From: Sporopachydermia quercuum
Lineage: Eukaryota
Direction of reading: 5' to 3'
Assembly (NCBI GenBank): GCA_001599295.1
Contig: BCGN01000008.1
Coordinates: 682,001 to 746,000, forward strand
DNA length: 64,000 nt
The stretch's first letter is position 1. Every line of letters begins with the position of its first letter. Shown piece after piece: positions 46,155 to 58,263 of the stretch. The notes beneath the pieces are model-generated. The model searched no databases. It was not told where the DNA came from and worked only from the letters and a program-made list of their open reading frames with translations. The translations under genes were made by a program, and so were the position numbers.

Positions 46155-48302
46155 ATGGAGGAAGATAACAGGTCGAATAACGATAATCCAATCAGCAGTG
46201 ATTCTAGTATCGGAGAAGGCGGTGGAACCGATAATGATCACAATGGTGATCCTATCAACAGGTCTACCAATAACAATAATGACACTACGAGTTCCTCTTC
46301 AACAACTAATGATACTGGCAGCACCAGCAATGCCCAAACTCTTGATCCTCCAGATCCTCCAATGCCTTCAATAGGCAATAATGGAGCTCCACGTACATTG
46401 TATTTCACTTATACAGTTCCTTATACCACTATATACATTCAACCAGCAAGAACAACTACGGCAGAAACAAACACCAACTTACCAAATACAACCAATGTCA
46501 ATCCTTCTACAAATTCTGCTGATTCCACGCCAGGCTCAACTAACACTCCTAATAGTACGACTTTCGACAATACTGCAGGAACAACTAACACTAACACTAA
46601 TACTAACCATGAAGGAGTACCAATGAGCTCTGTTATTGCCACGTTGTCTCACTTATTCCTTCCTACTATCATCAACATGAACAATGCTAATAATAATACT
46701 ACTTCAAATGTGAACGGAGGAAATACTTCAGGAGCAGGTACTTCTACTGGAAATAACGGAGATGATACACCTAATGGTACATTTACTCCATTTGCTTTCT
46801 TTCAAGATAACAACAATGGCAATACCAATGATACCAACGAACCAAATCAAAGAATGCCATTCACTTTCAACCTTTTCGGTTTTAATCCTGCTATGTTTGA
46901 AGGTGGAATTCCTTCTAATTTCTTCGATTCGATTCAGAAAAAGGCTTCTAAGCGTGCAATTGATCAGCTGGAAGACGTACCATTGAAAGACTTGACTGAG
47001 TCTGAAAGAAATTGCGCTATATGCTTAGAACCTTTGGAAGATGTACCAGAGAAACCAGAAAAGGTTAAGGGTGAAATTGCAGTAAATGTAGAAGACGATC
47101 CTGAAGATATGGATATTGATGAAATAGAACCAAATCAATCATCTGTTCAACAAACAACTACAACTCAAGCAAATGATCATGATGACCCCCCAATAGAGTA
47201 TCCTAACATCGTTTTTGAAGAAGACGTCAATAAAGAGGCAGTAAATGAAGATAGATTCAGGAAAATATATCCACATTCACCATTGAAAATGCCCTGTGGT
47301 CACATATTTGGTAAATCATGTTTGATACATTGGTTGAATGGTTCATTTACATGTCCGGTTTGCCGTCATGAAATAGAAACAGAGAATGAGTATAAAAACT
47401 GGGAGAGAATACATAGCGGAGGTAATACTGGTTCCAGAGAAAATGGAAGTGGAAACAATGGTAGCACTGGTGCTGCTGCTGCTACAGCAACTGATGGTCG
47501 TGTAAACCAAGATAATAGTGACAGTGGTGGAACAATAAGAGGCAATCCCCTAAATGGATTATTGAATTTCGAATGGACAATTCCTATCAACAACACAACC
47601 GATATTAATCCTATATTGTCCTCTGTTTTTGATGGTTGGTTTAGAATGAATAGACCTAATCAGCAGCAAACAGGTAATAATGAAAGCAATGGAGATGTTT
47701 CTGAAGCTGCTGGCAGTACATCTAACTCTTCTACAAATAGTAGCAACAGTAGCAACAGTGATAACAGTAATAGCGATAATACTAATACCAACAATAACAG
47801 TACACAATCAAGTACTGAAAGCACAGACAACAGCGGAAGCAACTTATCAGTATCTAATGAACAGTCTAGTGACCGATCAGATGATGACTCCTCAAGTACA
47901 GCAAATACACTGTCAAGTAATATTCCTGGTGGTTTCCCTAATTTAACTCGAACTGGATCAAGAGTGTTTCGTACTAATAGTAGAAGGCCTGCTTCACCGT
48001 ACATGAGACCTACAGGATTATCAGCATTATCTCAGCTAGGTAGAAACGATACTCCAGCATCACCATCGTCTGATGCTGCTCCCACACAAGCTCATTCATG
48101 CTTTGGATCAACGCTAGGCATATGTATGGATGAGTCTTCAGATGAATCTTTTGTTAGATTATCATGCGGTCATGAGTTTCATGCTGATTGCTTACAGTCA
48201 TTGAACCGTGCACATGGTGATCAAAACGAGGAAATAGTCGCTGGAGCTGAAAAATGGTGTGAATCGTGTCGCAAATATGAGACTATCGCGAATGTATTTT
48301 AG
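46155..48302 (+). CDS. SAN1: Nuclear protein-quality-control RING E3 ligase San1
   Basis: Split RING CAIC-(long acidic insert)-HSPLKMPCGHIFGKSCLIHW..TCPVCR within low-complexity, Asn/Ser/Thr-rich disordered sequence. Confidence 0.82.
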   Translation: MEEDNRSNNDNPISSDSSIGEGGGTDNDHNGDPINRSTNNNNDTTSSSSTTNDTGSTSNAQTLDPPDPPMPSIGNNGAPRTLYFTYTVPYTTIYIQPARTTTAETNTNLPNTTNVNPSTNSADSTPGSTNTPNSTTFDNTAGTTNTNTNTNHEGVPMSSVIATLSHLFLPTIINMNNANNNTTSNVNGGNTSGAGTSTGNNGDDTPNGTFTPFAFFQDNNNGNTNDTNEPNQRMPFTFNLFGFNPAMFEGGIPSNFFDSIQKKASKRAIDQLEDVPLKDLTESERNCAICLEPLEDVPEKPEKVKGEIAVNVEDDPEDMDIDEIEPNQSSVQQTTTTQANDHDDPPIEYPNIVFEEDVNKEAVNEDRFRKIYPHSPLKMPCGHIFGKSCLIHWLNGSFTCPVCRHEIETENEYKNWERIHSGGNTGSRENGSGNNGSTGAAAATATDGRVNQDNSDSGGTIRGNPLNGLLNFEWTIPINNTTDINPILSSVFDGWFRMNRPNQQQTGNNESNGDVSEAAGSTSNSSTNSSNSSNSDNSNSDNTNTNNNSTQSSTESTDNSGSNLSVSNEQSSDRSDDDSSSTANTLSSNIPGGFPNLTRTGSRVFRTNSRRPASPYMRPTGLSALSQLGRNDTPASPSSDAAPTQAHSCFGSTLGICMDESSDESFVRLSCGHEFHADCLQSLNRAHGDQNEEIVAGAEKWCESCRKYETIANVF

Positions 48303-48761
48303 ATAAGGCTAATTGTCCTTGTATTATTATGGCTTCATTGAAATTCATCACTCAATAGGTTGATGCTAATGAAGGCACCACGGATTTGTATTTGGGGACT
48401 TATTTTCTGTAGGATATTAGAAACGGCTGAGTATCAAATAATGGTTGTATTATATAGTATACTATCACATATGGCATTACATATGGCATTACATAATTAA
48501 CAACAAGCAGATCAGTGGATCTTGCAGGTTCACGATGGCTGTACTAGGAAAAAAATCGTTGTGTAATATATTATTTCATATCAAGTTGAAGTGCTGTAGA
48601 ATGCTTCTGAAAAAAAAGCAATACTAACAACCTAACTGGTAATCGATAATAGTTGATAAACCACCTGCCCCTACTTATCACATAGTTTCCGATATTTGAT
48701 CTTAGTTGTTATTGATAACGTAACCAGGACATTGCATAATAATATGTTCATACCATTTGAC

Positions 48762-48769
48762 CACGTGAC
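48762..48769. promoter_or_regulatory. Cbf1-type E-box upstream of COG7
   Basis: CACGTGAC; the same 10-mer ccacgtgacc occurs at 7881. Confidence 0.4.
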
Positions 48770-49068
48770 CAAGAATCATTATGATAATTGGCCTTCTTTC
48801 TATCATTTCATGTCTCTTTCTGAACTCTCTTGTCGCTAATGATGATCTTTCATACAATCTATTGCCAATCGAACCATCGGAAGACTCGTGAATTACCTAT
48901 ATGCATTACTGTACTACTGAGTTGGCTGCGTACCTAGTTTTGAAGCTGTTCGCTGTCAATTGCTTATAGGACACCCACTAGGAGTTCTAACTATTTCCTT
49001 ACATATATGCAGCACCACCTGTGCTATACTGATTAGACCATTGATAAACTTACGGACATTAATTCACA

Positions 49069-50286
49069 ATGGCACCAGCAACAAAAAATCAAGGGCTAGA
49101 ACAGGAGAAAGGAAACTTATCAATACCTCTAGAGGCTTTCAAGTCAGATAGTTTTGTTCCTCATGCTCAGCTAGACTCTCTATTCAACGCATTCTACCTC
49201 AACAACATTGGAATCAATACAAAGAGCTTGAAAAGCGCTGACATCGACAGCTTATTCATCAGACCCAGAATCCAAGATTTACAGCTAAAAAGTATGCAAT
49301 TGCTGTCACAACTAGATCATTATACTAATGAAGTTACGAAAGCATTAGAGACAACTACTACATCATTGAAAAGTATTAATAACATATTAACATACGACGA
49401 TAATAAGATCAATGATTTAGATGACGAAGGTGAAAACTCTACCGCCAATGCAATTACAAGACTTGACTATTATATTGACACACTTTTAAACTCAGTACAG
49501 AATCTTCAACTGGATCTTGATAAGAATTCTCTACGGCAAACTGATACTTCGTCCCCTACTGAACCTACAACTAATGGTTATGATGAAGATACATCAGAGC
49601 TTCACGAGGAAATAGCAAAATCAGCTGTTGAAAGGTTGTCTGATCTAAGTAAAGTGAAATCTCGAATGCTAGATGTATTGGATATAATACAGCTTACGAA
49701 AAACATAGTTACATGCTCTGAAACTAATTATGACCTAACATCAATGGTGGAAGATCTTCAAAGCAGAGCCGATACTGAATTAACTGATGAGGAGTTCAAG
49801 AAACAAATAGATTCGCTGATAAACAACGGAGGAAAGGGAAAAACTAACATAATATTAACTCCTGATATATTTCACGAATCACTAGTTAAACTGGAAAACC
49901 AATTAGAAGAAGATATACAGGAAAGTCCATGCGTTTTACATCTTGCAATCATTGATATGTTGATTTCTCTAGGACCTATTTTCAAATCATTTACTAAATA
50001 CTATCCAATTTATTCGGCATACATTGATAGATTATCTGATTTGAAGCTCTCTTTGCCTTCTGAATTGTCAAAGTCTGATGATGCCAATGATTTAAATATC
50101 AAGCATAATGATTCAGCTGTACCAACAATAGGTGGAAATGAGAAAACTGGAATTCTTGTAAATAACATCAGTAACATTAGCAGTGATAGAACAGTGAATT
50201 CCAACAGTGCAATTAACGAAGAAACAATTGGGTCAACTGGTGATTGGTCATTCTTCGATAGGATACAGAAGAAAATAGGCTACTAA
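49069..50286 (+). CDS. COG7: Conserved oligomeric Golgi complex subunit 7 (short fungal type)
   Basis: F..DSFVPHAQLDSL, LLSQLDHYTNEVTKALETT and RLDYYIDTL resemble yeast Cog7 blocks. Confidence 0.75.
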   Translation: MAPATKNQGLEQEKGNLSIPLEAFKSDSFVPHAQLDSLFNAFYLNNIGINTKSLKSADIDSLFIRPRIQDLQLKSMQLLSQLDHYTNEVTKALETTTTSLKSINNILTYDDNKINDLDDEGENSTANAITRLDYYIDTLLNSVQNLQLDLDKNSLRQTDTSSPTEPTTNGYDEDTSELHEEIAKSAVERLSDLSKVKSRMLDVLDIIQLTKNIVTCSETNYDLTSMVEDLQSRADTELTDEEFKKQIDSLINNGGKGKTNIILTPDIFHESLVKLENQLEEDIQESPCVLHLAIIDMLISLGPIFKSFTKYYPIYSAYIDRLSDLKLSLPSELSKSDDANDLNIKHNDSAVPTIGGNEKTGILVNNISNISSDRTVNSNSAINEETIGSTGDWSFFDRIQKKIGY

Positions 50287-50395
50287 CTACTAACAACTAT
50301 ACATGAATATACATACTTAAAATATATTACATCTCGTTACATCATAAAGCAACCGTTACCAAACCATTTATACATTAAATGCATAACTCTTTCTT

Positions 50396-53300
50396 TTATA
50401 TGTAATCAGAACCAATTCCTGATGATTTCAGCCAATAATCTTTTACTATTTCATTGGTTTTCTTGGTTCCTCTAACTTTTAAAACTTGTAGTACAAACAT
50501 TCTAAGATCTTTCTCTGGAAGCTCTTTCCTTTTGCTTTTACCAATATTTAAGGGAATACTCTCACTGTTGAACAAAGCTTTCTCTAACCATATTTTCAGC
50601 TGTCCAGGCATTCGAATTACCATTTTCTTCAATATGTCTGTATATAAATCAATTTCTGACCTTGAAGCTTCTCCTGAGACCAACTTAGCTATCACAGCCA
50701 CGATCATAGGTCCAAACGATTGTAGCAACATGTTTCTTTTCTGTTCTAGTGAGCTATCTTCACACTCTTTTGTTATAAACGTCGTGAACACTGAGCATGA
50801 ATGTTTAACAACTGGTCTTTCCTTTGATAGAAGCAAGCCTAATGATAACAGCAGTAGGAAATATGAGATATCCTGGTGATATGGCATCTGCTGGATGCTT
50901 AATAAAGGCTCCATTACATTGTTAAACACTTTCTGTATGACCAATAGTAGCGATTCATTATATGAAGGATCCCCCAGATAAGATAAAACATCCAGCTGAC
51001 CATTTACAAATTTGCCCTGAATCTCTGGCAGTATATTTGCCAATCTTCTGAATATAAATGCATTAAGAATAGTAGAAACATCATCAGAGTTAAGTTTGCT
51101 TCTGATAAATGCTTCACCTCTGTTATCTTTACCTGAGTAAGCAGAAATCAGCTGAACAGTCAATGAGGCTAATGAGGCAATTGATACGTCTGGCCTGTTA
51201 TCCAACTGTAGTAATTTTATATTAATAAACTGTAGAACTCTCTCAGGTGTTTGGAAGACCATTAAACCTGGCTCATGTTCTGTTAGACCCACTGTGAATA
51301 CTTCGCAAGCTTTTTCTATGACCTCCGAGTCATAAATATAATGTTGATTTTCTAGAGCAAAGAAATGTAGTAATTCTAAAACTAGCTGTTTTCTCTGGCG
51401 AGCCTTTTGTTGTATAGCTGAACTTACACTTATGTTGCTGATACTAATACTACTGCTATTGTTATTGCAGTTTTCATCATCATTCCAGTAAGCCTTCAGC
51501 TTATTCATTCTACTATCTTCATCATTAGTCATTTTCCCTATTATATAAACAGTATCATGAACATCTTGCATTCCTTTACCGATCTCGACCAAACAATTCA
51601 AAACTGATATCGAGCACAGTTTGATTCTAAGCCTTATCTCATCTGTTACCGCGTTGCTGTTATTGCCCTGAGCACCACTTGAATGATTATTCACGTATTC
51701 CATGATGCTATCAGCAAATAAAACCACAGTTCCATCAATTAGATTTCCCAGGTATTCAATACTTTCTTCTAGATTGGTTTCCCCTAACGCCTGTATAACA
51801 GCAGCAACAGCTCCCACTGTTCTTTCCTTAATTATCAAATCAATTGATAGCTCATCTTCGGAATTCTGTGCTGTTAACGTATTAGCATTTATATTGCTGA
51901 ACAATGACTGTAAAACAGTAAAAAACCCAGGCAGAAATGTAACTAAATGATTTCTACATTCAAAGCACAAATCTCTGACAGCCTTTGAACATGAAAGCGC
52001 AATTGAACTATTAGGAAGCATTTTAAACAGAAAATTCAACGCTTGACCGAGATACTCATTGCCCTGTTCAGTGCCAGCGTTTTGTTTGAGGAAGAAATCT
52101 GAGACTGAGACAAGTTTGATAGCTGATTGGAAGATTCTCACGTGAAACAGGGAATTAAAATCCAATTCAGCTAGTAGTGCTAATAACTGCGTGTCGTACA
52201 GTTGTTTCAATACTAGCATTTCCGCAGTAGACTCTTCTGAGAAGTTATCAGCCAATACATTCAAACTGAAAATTGAAGCTTCTATGTCTAACCAGTTATC
52301 AATAGTAAGCTGATTTGTTGCGGATAGAGAATAATCACGAAGGATTCTACGAGGGATTTCAGCAATCATTTGAAATAATGTCGATCCCAGTATAGGATAA
52401 ATAGCCTCATAGAAATCTCCAACATCTCTTCTATATGATAGGAACTCGTCTTTACTTTCTTTCAAGAACTGATTATCAGGCTGAACAAGAGAAACAAGTC
52501 TGATTTTCTTCCAGTACAGCTGAGCTACTTCTGCTAATACTTCCTTCACTTTCTCTTCAATTTCTTTGACAACACTTAGCTCTAGAACCTGAGAAAGTCT
52601 TTCTAGATCGTCTAGAAACATGTCAGCAAAATAAGACCAAAATTCCATAAAGTCACGAGAAATGGTTTCGTTCTTTATGGGTATTCCTGGGACATTTGTT
52701 ATACGCAATAAAACAGATATCACCCGTTCTAACGGTGATTCTTTCAAAGGGAAATGTTCTAGACTGTTGAATAGTTGTGATAGGTTGTTTTCCGTGTAGG
52801 CAATGTATAGTTTAGATAAATCTTGTAGATGATCTAGCGCATCATCAGCAGATTCAACATCTTGATTGATTTCCCGTAGTAGCAATTCTACTTTCCCTAT
52901 GCCCCAACTGCCAAACAGCATTTCATGTAGTAAAGTCTTATGGGTAGAATGAACTGTCAATAATCCAGCATGAACATTGAACAGATCAGTAACAAGATCC
53001 AATGATTTAGAATATATGTTTTCATTTTTAGTGGTCAACACGTTTTGAAAGAACAATGATAAGAGGTTTGTTGCAGGTGAGATATCAATGTTGACTATAT
53101 CATTCTTAGCTATTGATGCATAGTTAAGCCAACTTGAATAGCAATCAATAGCTTGTAGAACTAATGGTTCACTTGAACCAACAACAAGCACATTATCAAT
53201 TGGTTGCCGAAGCAGTTGTAAGAGAAAGTTCGAAACTAATGGAAGATTGTCATCTGTAAGTATTTTATGAATCTTCAGTCTTTCATTGGTTGGAATGTCT

Positions 53301-54066
53301 GTACGAGCAGAGTCCTCTGCTAGAATTTGACAGAATAATAGAAAAGGTGCAATTATATCTTGAGAATAATTGATCGACTGTAATTCTTCGAAATTGACAT
53401 GGTTCATTATACTTGTGGACCCTTCTGCCAATGTAATAAATACAGTAGCTATGGGGAATTGCCAATAGGAGTAACATCTCGTGAACAACAGCGATAAAGT
53501 TGAGAAAATCTTCCGCAAGACAAATAAGGGACCAGTAGCTGATTTCGTGATATATGTGAGAATCTCCTTTAGCAATTCATTAAATATATGTCCATCTATT
53601 TCTACTAATGAGTTGATTTTAACTGTTAACGTTAAAGCGCCAAAGAACTGTTGTTGGGTATTTGATGATTGAAGCAAATGTCTTGCAATGTTCCATCCTT
53701 CGTCTGAGCGTTGGTATTCTTGTAGAAGCTTCTGAGCGCTGGTTTTTTTTTTCTTTTGTTAGTATGGCATTGTTAGGGGAACTGTTAAATATAAACAAAC
53801 AGCATTTATTATGCACTTCTTATTTGCCGTGTGGTTTAACCTTCAGTTACTAATCATGTATGTATCCTGATGGATATGTCTGTTATTGACAACTGATTTA
53901 CATACTAAAGAACTCTCTCGTTTTCTGAGGAAGAGAACAGAACGTCAATTAACTACTAAGTTAGTAAAAGAGAGTGTAAAAGTAAGTCAATTCGCGCGAG
54001 TATCCTATATATTCCATTGAATTACTTCATACTTACTGATTCAATCTCTCTCAAATGAGGGCTCAT
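50396..54066 (-). CDS. KAP122: Karyopherin beta, importin-13-like (Kap122/Pdr6), 3 exons, ~1139 aa
   Basis: Exons 54066-54037, 53952-53906 and 53738-50396 give MSPHLREIES|LIDVLFSSSENERVLY|AQKLLQEYQRSDEGWNIARHLL..FFGALTLTVKI (IBN_N). HEAT-like body with EFLSYRRDV and C-terminal RGTKKTNEIVKDYW. Confidence 0.82.
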
Positions 54067-55252
54067 ACTGATTTATTGTGATGTGACTTCAGATGTTCTA
54101 TTTCAACAGAACCAATTTGAGCGCAATTACTAAACGACACTACAGAGCAGCTTTACCCACATCCAAGTTTCGACACAACATCAGAGTAGCAGAACATCAG
54201 AATATAGGAATAACCACAGCATCACATCTTCCGCTCAGTTCTCTTGGAATAAAAACAATGACAAATATTGACTTTTGTCCAATTTCATATGGCAACAAAA
54301 CAGTTCACATAATTAAAAAGGATGTGGATATACCCATTATTGGACACGTATTCAATTATCTTCTGAGATGAGTTAAATGATCCCCGGTGATGGGACCAAA
54401 AGTTCTTTACTATGAGGAACAGTGAATGTTGAGTACGACATGTTAAGTATGACAGGTATGGTAAGTAATACCAGAAGAAAAATATAGTAGATGGACCTGT
54501 CAGTTTAATGTCTATTTGGTATTGAGTCGTCTCTAATCTATGATTTAATATATATGGAGCAAGTAATTGATATTTCTAAGACGATCGTAGACATCGAAGT
54601 AGTATTGATGGATGTACTAGAGGCAATAAATGAGACTCAGTTGTTGGACGATGGATAGATGCTGATTGGTGGATGATTATAACTGACCATGATAGTTATT
54701 GAGCAAAAGTTCTGTTTAAGGAAGTGAAAAAGCAAGTAATATGAGCCAAAACTACATACAACATCATATTCATTTAAGTTGCTCTTGTTGATATACTTTT
54801 ACTTATAGACGTACTATTCTAACTGATAACTTGCTTGATCCTATTTTGCTTCTACTAGTCAGTACGGGCTATTAGACGTATAATATTCCTCGCTGTCAAT
54901 TGATCTCAACTCGTCACGAATTCAAAATTAATAGAAATAAAATCGTTTTACTTTCACTTTCTTTTGATAAAACAACAGTCAGGGATAACTAACATATATC
55001 GTATAAAAAAAGTTAATAATTAGTTTTTATTGCATGGATAGTTGATGAATGGAATATCAGGCTACGCTATAACATATAAGTACATTTAATGTATGTTCAT
55101 TTATGTTCACATATATAGCTCATAATGACTATAGAAACAGTGAAAAAAAAGAGGAACAGATTATAAGAAAAAGGATTGGAAAGAAAACAAGAATTATCAC
55201 TTAGAGTAATTGGTTCAATCCAATTATTAGCAAGTGTACGAAATTACCAAAT

Positions 55253-58021
55253 TCAGCTAAGCAAAGGAGCAGTTTCACGTTTTAACCATTCTAAAGCTTT
55301 ACTATCGCCATGAACTTTTAGGCTATGTTTCAAGGTCTTATAGACCTTGGATTGATAATCATCAATCCATTGGATCTCATTTTCAGTCAATTGACTCACA
55401 TCAATTAAAGCTCGACAGTATGGAACTAATGTGACGTCTTCAAACTTCAAGAACTTCTTCCCACCATAGTTGTAGCTTGTTTCAGCTTCTACCACTAATA
55501 ATACATTCTCGATACGAATTCCAAACTTTCCACCAGATAAAACACCTGGTCCATCATCATAATATCCAGGTTCATTAGTGATGAAATGCCCAGGTTTCAG
55601 GGTATTCAATGCAACGTTATTGTAAGCAGGACGAGGTCCAATTCCAATTGGCCCTTCATGTACATTGAGGAAAGCACCAATTCCATGCCCAGTACCATGA
55701 GCGAAATCCAATCCGTATTTCCATAGATTTTCTCTGGCAAGTATATCCAATACATAACCGGTAGCAGTATCAGGGAATACGGCTGATGCCAAAGCAATGT
55801 GTCCTTTAAGAACTAATGTATAAGCTAGCTTTTCCTCTTTAGTTGGTTTCGCCCCGTTGGAAGCATTAAGAAATAAAGTACGGGTGACATCTGTTGTTCC
55901 ATCTAAATATTGTCCACCAGAGTCAATAAGATAGAGTCTGTCTTTGTTTAGAATCTTATCAGAATCGTCAGAGGCTTTATTAGGAGAATAATGAATAATA
56001 GTACCGTTAGCACCGGAAGCAGAGATGGTTTCAAACGACAACCCAATGAAGTTTTTCTCTTTATTACGGAATTCTAAAGACTTATCAGCAGCAGCAATTT
56101 CATCAATATCTAATTGCACAGACGAGTTCAATTGATGCTCTAACCAAGCAAAAAACCTAGTTAGTGCCACACCATCTCTAATATGACAATCTTTCATTCC
56201 TTCGATTTCTGCTGGTGTTTTGACGGCCTTAATTTTTAAAATAGGTGAATTATATAAAAACCCTTTTTTACCCAATCTGGTAGCTAATGACCAAGAGCTG
56301 TTCTTGGGAATCAAGACGCGTGACCCGGAATTGGCAGTATCATTACTCTTACCATTTGAAGAAGCAGAAGTAGAAGCAGATGCAGGAACAGAAACAGGAG
56401 ATTTGGAATCGATGCTTTGGTCTAAAGTTAAACTTTTGATGTTATCAACCAAGATTTCAACACCTGATTTCCCTATTAGATCAATATCGGACCAGAATTT
56501 GTTATAATCCAACACTGTAACATTAGGTTCTTGGTGTAAATGCTTCAAGGCTTCTTCAGTTAACTTCTCTCTGTCCATATAGAGATTCAACCCATCAGGA
56601 AACACAATCACATAAGCGAAGAACACAGGATTATAAAGAATATCATCGATACCACGTAAATTCAATAGCCAGGCGATTTCGTCCAATGCTGTAACAACAT
56701 AAGCTGAGATTGGTCCCGCTGGCACATAGTTTTTGTCATCAAAATCTACATCAACGTCATCTTCCTCCTCAGCAATTAGTTTATCAAATACTTCATTACG
56801 AACCAAAGCCAGCTTCTCAGGAAAGCTTCTGCCAGCATATTTAGCATCATGAACTAATACGGCGCCTTTAGATCTAAAAGGGACCAATTCAAACTGGGAC
56901 CAGATTGCATCAACAAGATTGGTTTTCAAGTCCACAATTTCAAAATCAAAAACGTCTTTGCCCGTTAGTCTGATCCTTTTGTTCTTCTGTTTATTTCGCA
57001 CTTCCTTCAACAACTTCCTTTGTTTCTTCCTTAATTCTGCTTGTAAGTTCTTGACGTCACCATTAGAGATAAGTTTGCCATCTAGTCCAATTCTCACTTT
57101 CACACCAGTATGTTGAAATTCTTCTACAGAGCGTGAAATAACATACTCTTGCCATGATTTTTCTTCTAAAATAAAATCAGGTGAATCTTCCTTTGATCTG
57201 CCTAATCCTTGTTTGATAAGATTCCAGTTGAAGTCCAATTCGTTAGAAGCTTGAGTGAAGTATCTACCATCGGTAGCAATAGCAGCAGACCCTTCTGGTT
57301 GGTCGTTCATACATAAGTAATCATTAGCAATTACAGCAGTTCCTGCTGAGCCTGTGAAGCCAGAGATAAAAGAACGTCGTTGATCGGCTAAAGCTGTATA
57401 CTCAGATTGGTGTTCGTCTTCGGATGGGACGATGTAAATAGAAATCCCATGATCCTTCATTGTCGTACGAATAGCCGAAAGTCTGGCAGAAGTGTTGATT
57501 TCTTTTCTGAAACAGTTTTCCGCAATAGTTTCGCGAACTCCGTCGGTGCTAGAAGCAGCAATGGTTGTAACAGAAGCAGTTTGAATGGTTGGCTTCTGCA
57601 TATTCTGGGCAATACCACCACTGCCAGGCGAACCAGCAGTGAAAAACGCTGCAACATCAGAAAAAAATGAGCTTGACGTTCTCTTGCGTAATTTTGGACC
57701 TTGCGTTGGTGATCCTGGAGATGCTGTTCCTTCTCTAGAGAAAGGCGGGGTCTCATGACGAGGTGATGACGGGATGGAATTTGATCTAGAGGTAGAGTAA
57801 CTGTTGTTACGACTTAACAATGCCCCAGAATTTTTCAGCGCAACTTGTTTGGCAAATAACGAGGACTGTCTAGCTTGTCGATTTAACAATCCTGGTGAAC
57901 AGGTACAATTAGCACATTGGCTTCTCTTGCGGGTTTTTGCTCTATGGGACCCCGCTCCAGTATGGAGTGAGTACATAGATTGTCTAGGTTGTACAGTGCG
58001 AGATTGAGACATCTTCCGCAT
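55253..58021 (-). CDS. FRA1: Aminopeptidase P family protein Fra1
   Basis: Fra1-type N-terminal CANCTCSPGLL.RQ, then PSEDEHQSEY, DSGGQYLDGTTDVTRT, HGTGHGIG..LNVHEGP, NEPGYY and GIRIEN. Confidence 0.92.
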   Translation of the reverse strand: MRKMSQSRTVQPRQSMYSLHTGAGSHRAKTRKRSQCANCTCSPGLLNRQARQSSLFAKQVALKNSGALLSRNNSYSTSRSNSIPSSPRHETPPFSREGTASPGSPTQGPKLRKRTSSSFFSDVAAFFTAGSPGSGGIAQNMQKPTIQTASVTTIAASSTDGVRETIAENCFRKEINTSARLSAIRTTMKDHGISIYIVPSEDEHQSEYTALADQRRSFISGFTGSAGTAVIANDYLCMNDQPEGSAAIATDGRYFTQASNELDFNWNLIKQGLGRSKEDSPDFILEEKSWQEYVISRSVEEFQHTGVKVRIGLDGKLISNGDVKNLQAELRKKQRKLLKEVRNKQKNKRIRLTGKDVFDFEIVDLKTNLVDAIWSQFELVPFRSKGAVLVHDAKYAGRSFPEKLALVRNEVFDKLIAEEEDDVDVDFDDKNYVPAGPISAYVVTALDEIAWLLNLRGIDDILYNPVFFAYVIVFPDGLNLYMDREKLTEEALKHLHQEPNVTVLDYNKFWSDIDLIGKSGVEILVDNIKSLTLDQSIDSKSPVSVPASASTSASSNGKSNDTANSGSRVLIPKNSSWSLATRLGKKGFLYNSPILKIKAVKTPAEIEGMKDCHIRDGVALTRFFAWLEHQLNSSVQLDIDEIAAADKSLEFRNKEKNFIGLSFETISASGANGTIIHYSPNKASDDSDKILNKDRLYLIDSGGQYLDGTTDVTRTLFLNASNGAKPTKEEKLAYTLVLKGHIALASAVFPDTATGYVLDILARENLWKYGLDFAHGTGHGIGAFLNVHEGPIGIGPRPAYNNVALNTLKPGHFITNEPGYYDDGPGVLSGGKFGIRIENVLLVVEAETSYNYGGKKFLKFEDVTLVPYCRALIDVSQLTENEIQWIDDYQSKVYKTLKHSLKVHGDSKALEWLKRETAPLLS

Positions 58022-58256
58022 AAAAGCAATAAAAATAACAACCTCTGTGCTTCTATGTATAAATAATAACGTTTTATAACAATCTATTAACAGTATTAAA
58101 AGTCCCAGCCTTGCAATGCTGTTAAAACATAGTCTTCAGTATCGACTTTAAGAAATAACTGGTTGATGATTTTTTTATGTGATTACTATTAGCTGATATC
58201 AGACAGGTGATAGAAGGGAGAAATCCACTAACATAACAATGTGGAGGGTTCCGATG

Positions 58257-58263
58257 TTACCCG
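58257..58263. promoter_or_regulatory. Reb1-type site upstream of FRA1
   Basis: TTACCCG, about 240 nt upstream of the ATG. Confidence 0.4.

Noticed and set aside
54554..54658. 34-codon ORF MEQVIDISKT...
   Set aside because: Too short, with no homology or supported splice partner.
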